Positions 63,731 to 64,000 of a stretch of 64,000 nucleotides of DNA are shown in pieces (position 1 is the first letter of the stretch; every line of letters starts with the position of its first letter). Location: assembly GCA_030390025.1 (NCBI GenBank), contig CM059430.1, forward strand, positions 75,268,001-75,332,000, given 5' to 3'. The translations under genes and the position numbers were made by a program. The stretch comes from Squalus acanthias (Eukaryota). The notes beneath the pieces were generated by a model, which worked only from the letters and a program-made list of their open reading frames with translations, had not been told where the DNA came from and made no database searches.

Positions 63731-64000
63731 AAAAGAAGTTTTCACCAATGATCATTTGCAGGTGGCAGAACATTTTTTATCTCAGGTCTTGGGAAAGTTT
63801 TAGCACGTCTACTCATTGTTATGGGAGTTTGGCGCCTGACACCCATCTCCAGTGTGACCTCCTGGGAAACCGCTTTCCCCACCTTGATTGAACGCTTCCT
63901 CAACTGAGGCATATACCAGAACCATGGGAACCATTTATTTCCTTTCCTCCTGGACATCAGAGTGGGACGATGACCAGCCACGGCAGCAGCAGAACCCTGA

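Overview
Vertebrate genomic DNA, most likely a cartilaginous fish (shark): the repeats are CR1 and L2 LINEs, Deu-type and tRNA SINEs, a Penelope-like element, and a PIF/Harbinger transposon with MITEs. The core is a tandem cluster of non-rearranging Ig-superfamily receptor genes on the + strand. Each has a germline-joined V-J exon, one C1-set exon, an uncharged TM exon and cytoplasmic exons. Gene A (3597-11073) is open from V to stop and has a SIRP-alpha-like tail with four tyrosine motifs (APYAAL, TVYAQ, LTYAAV, TEYAQL). Gene B (24242-31903) has the same exon phases and near-identical exon sizes. Its last tyrosine motif (TYAHL) is cut off by an in-frame TAG and by a 3-kb CR1 inserted into the last exon. 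A decayed third paralog survives near 39.2-39.8 kb. No clean leader exon was found for either gene. The right half is mostly nested mobile DNA: an old CR1 is interrupted by a MITE and by a complete but degenerate two-gene Harbinger element (Myb/SANT-like gene plus DDE transposase), which itself contains a young CR1 with an uninterrupted RT frame. There are two assembly gaps (22450-22660, 27804-27972). All gene models were read by eye and need RNA confirmation.
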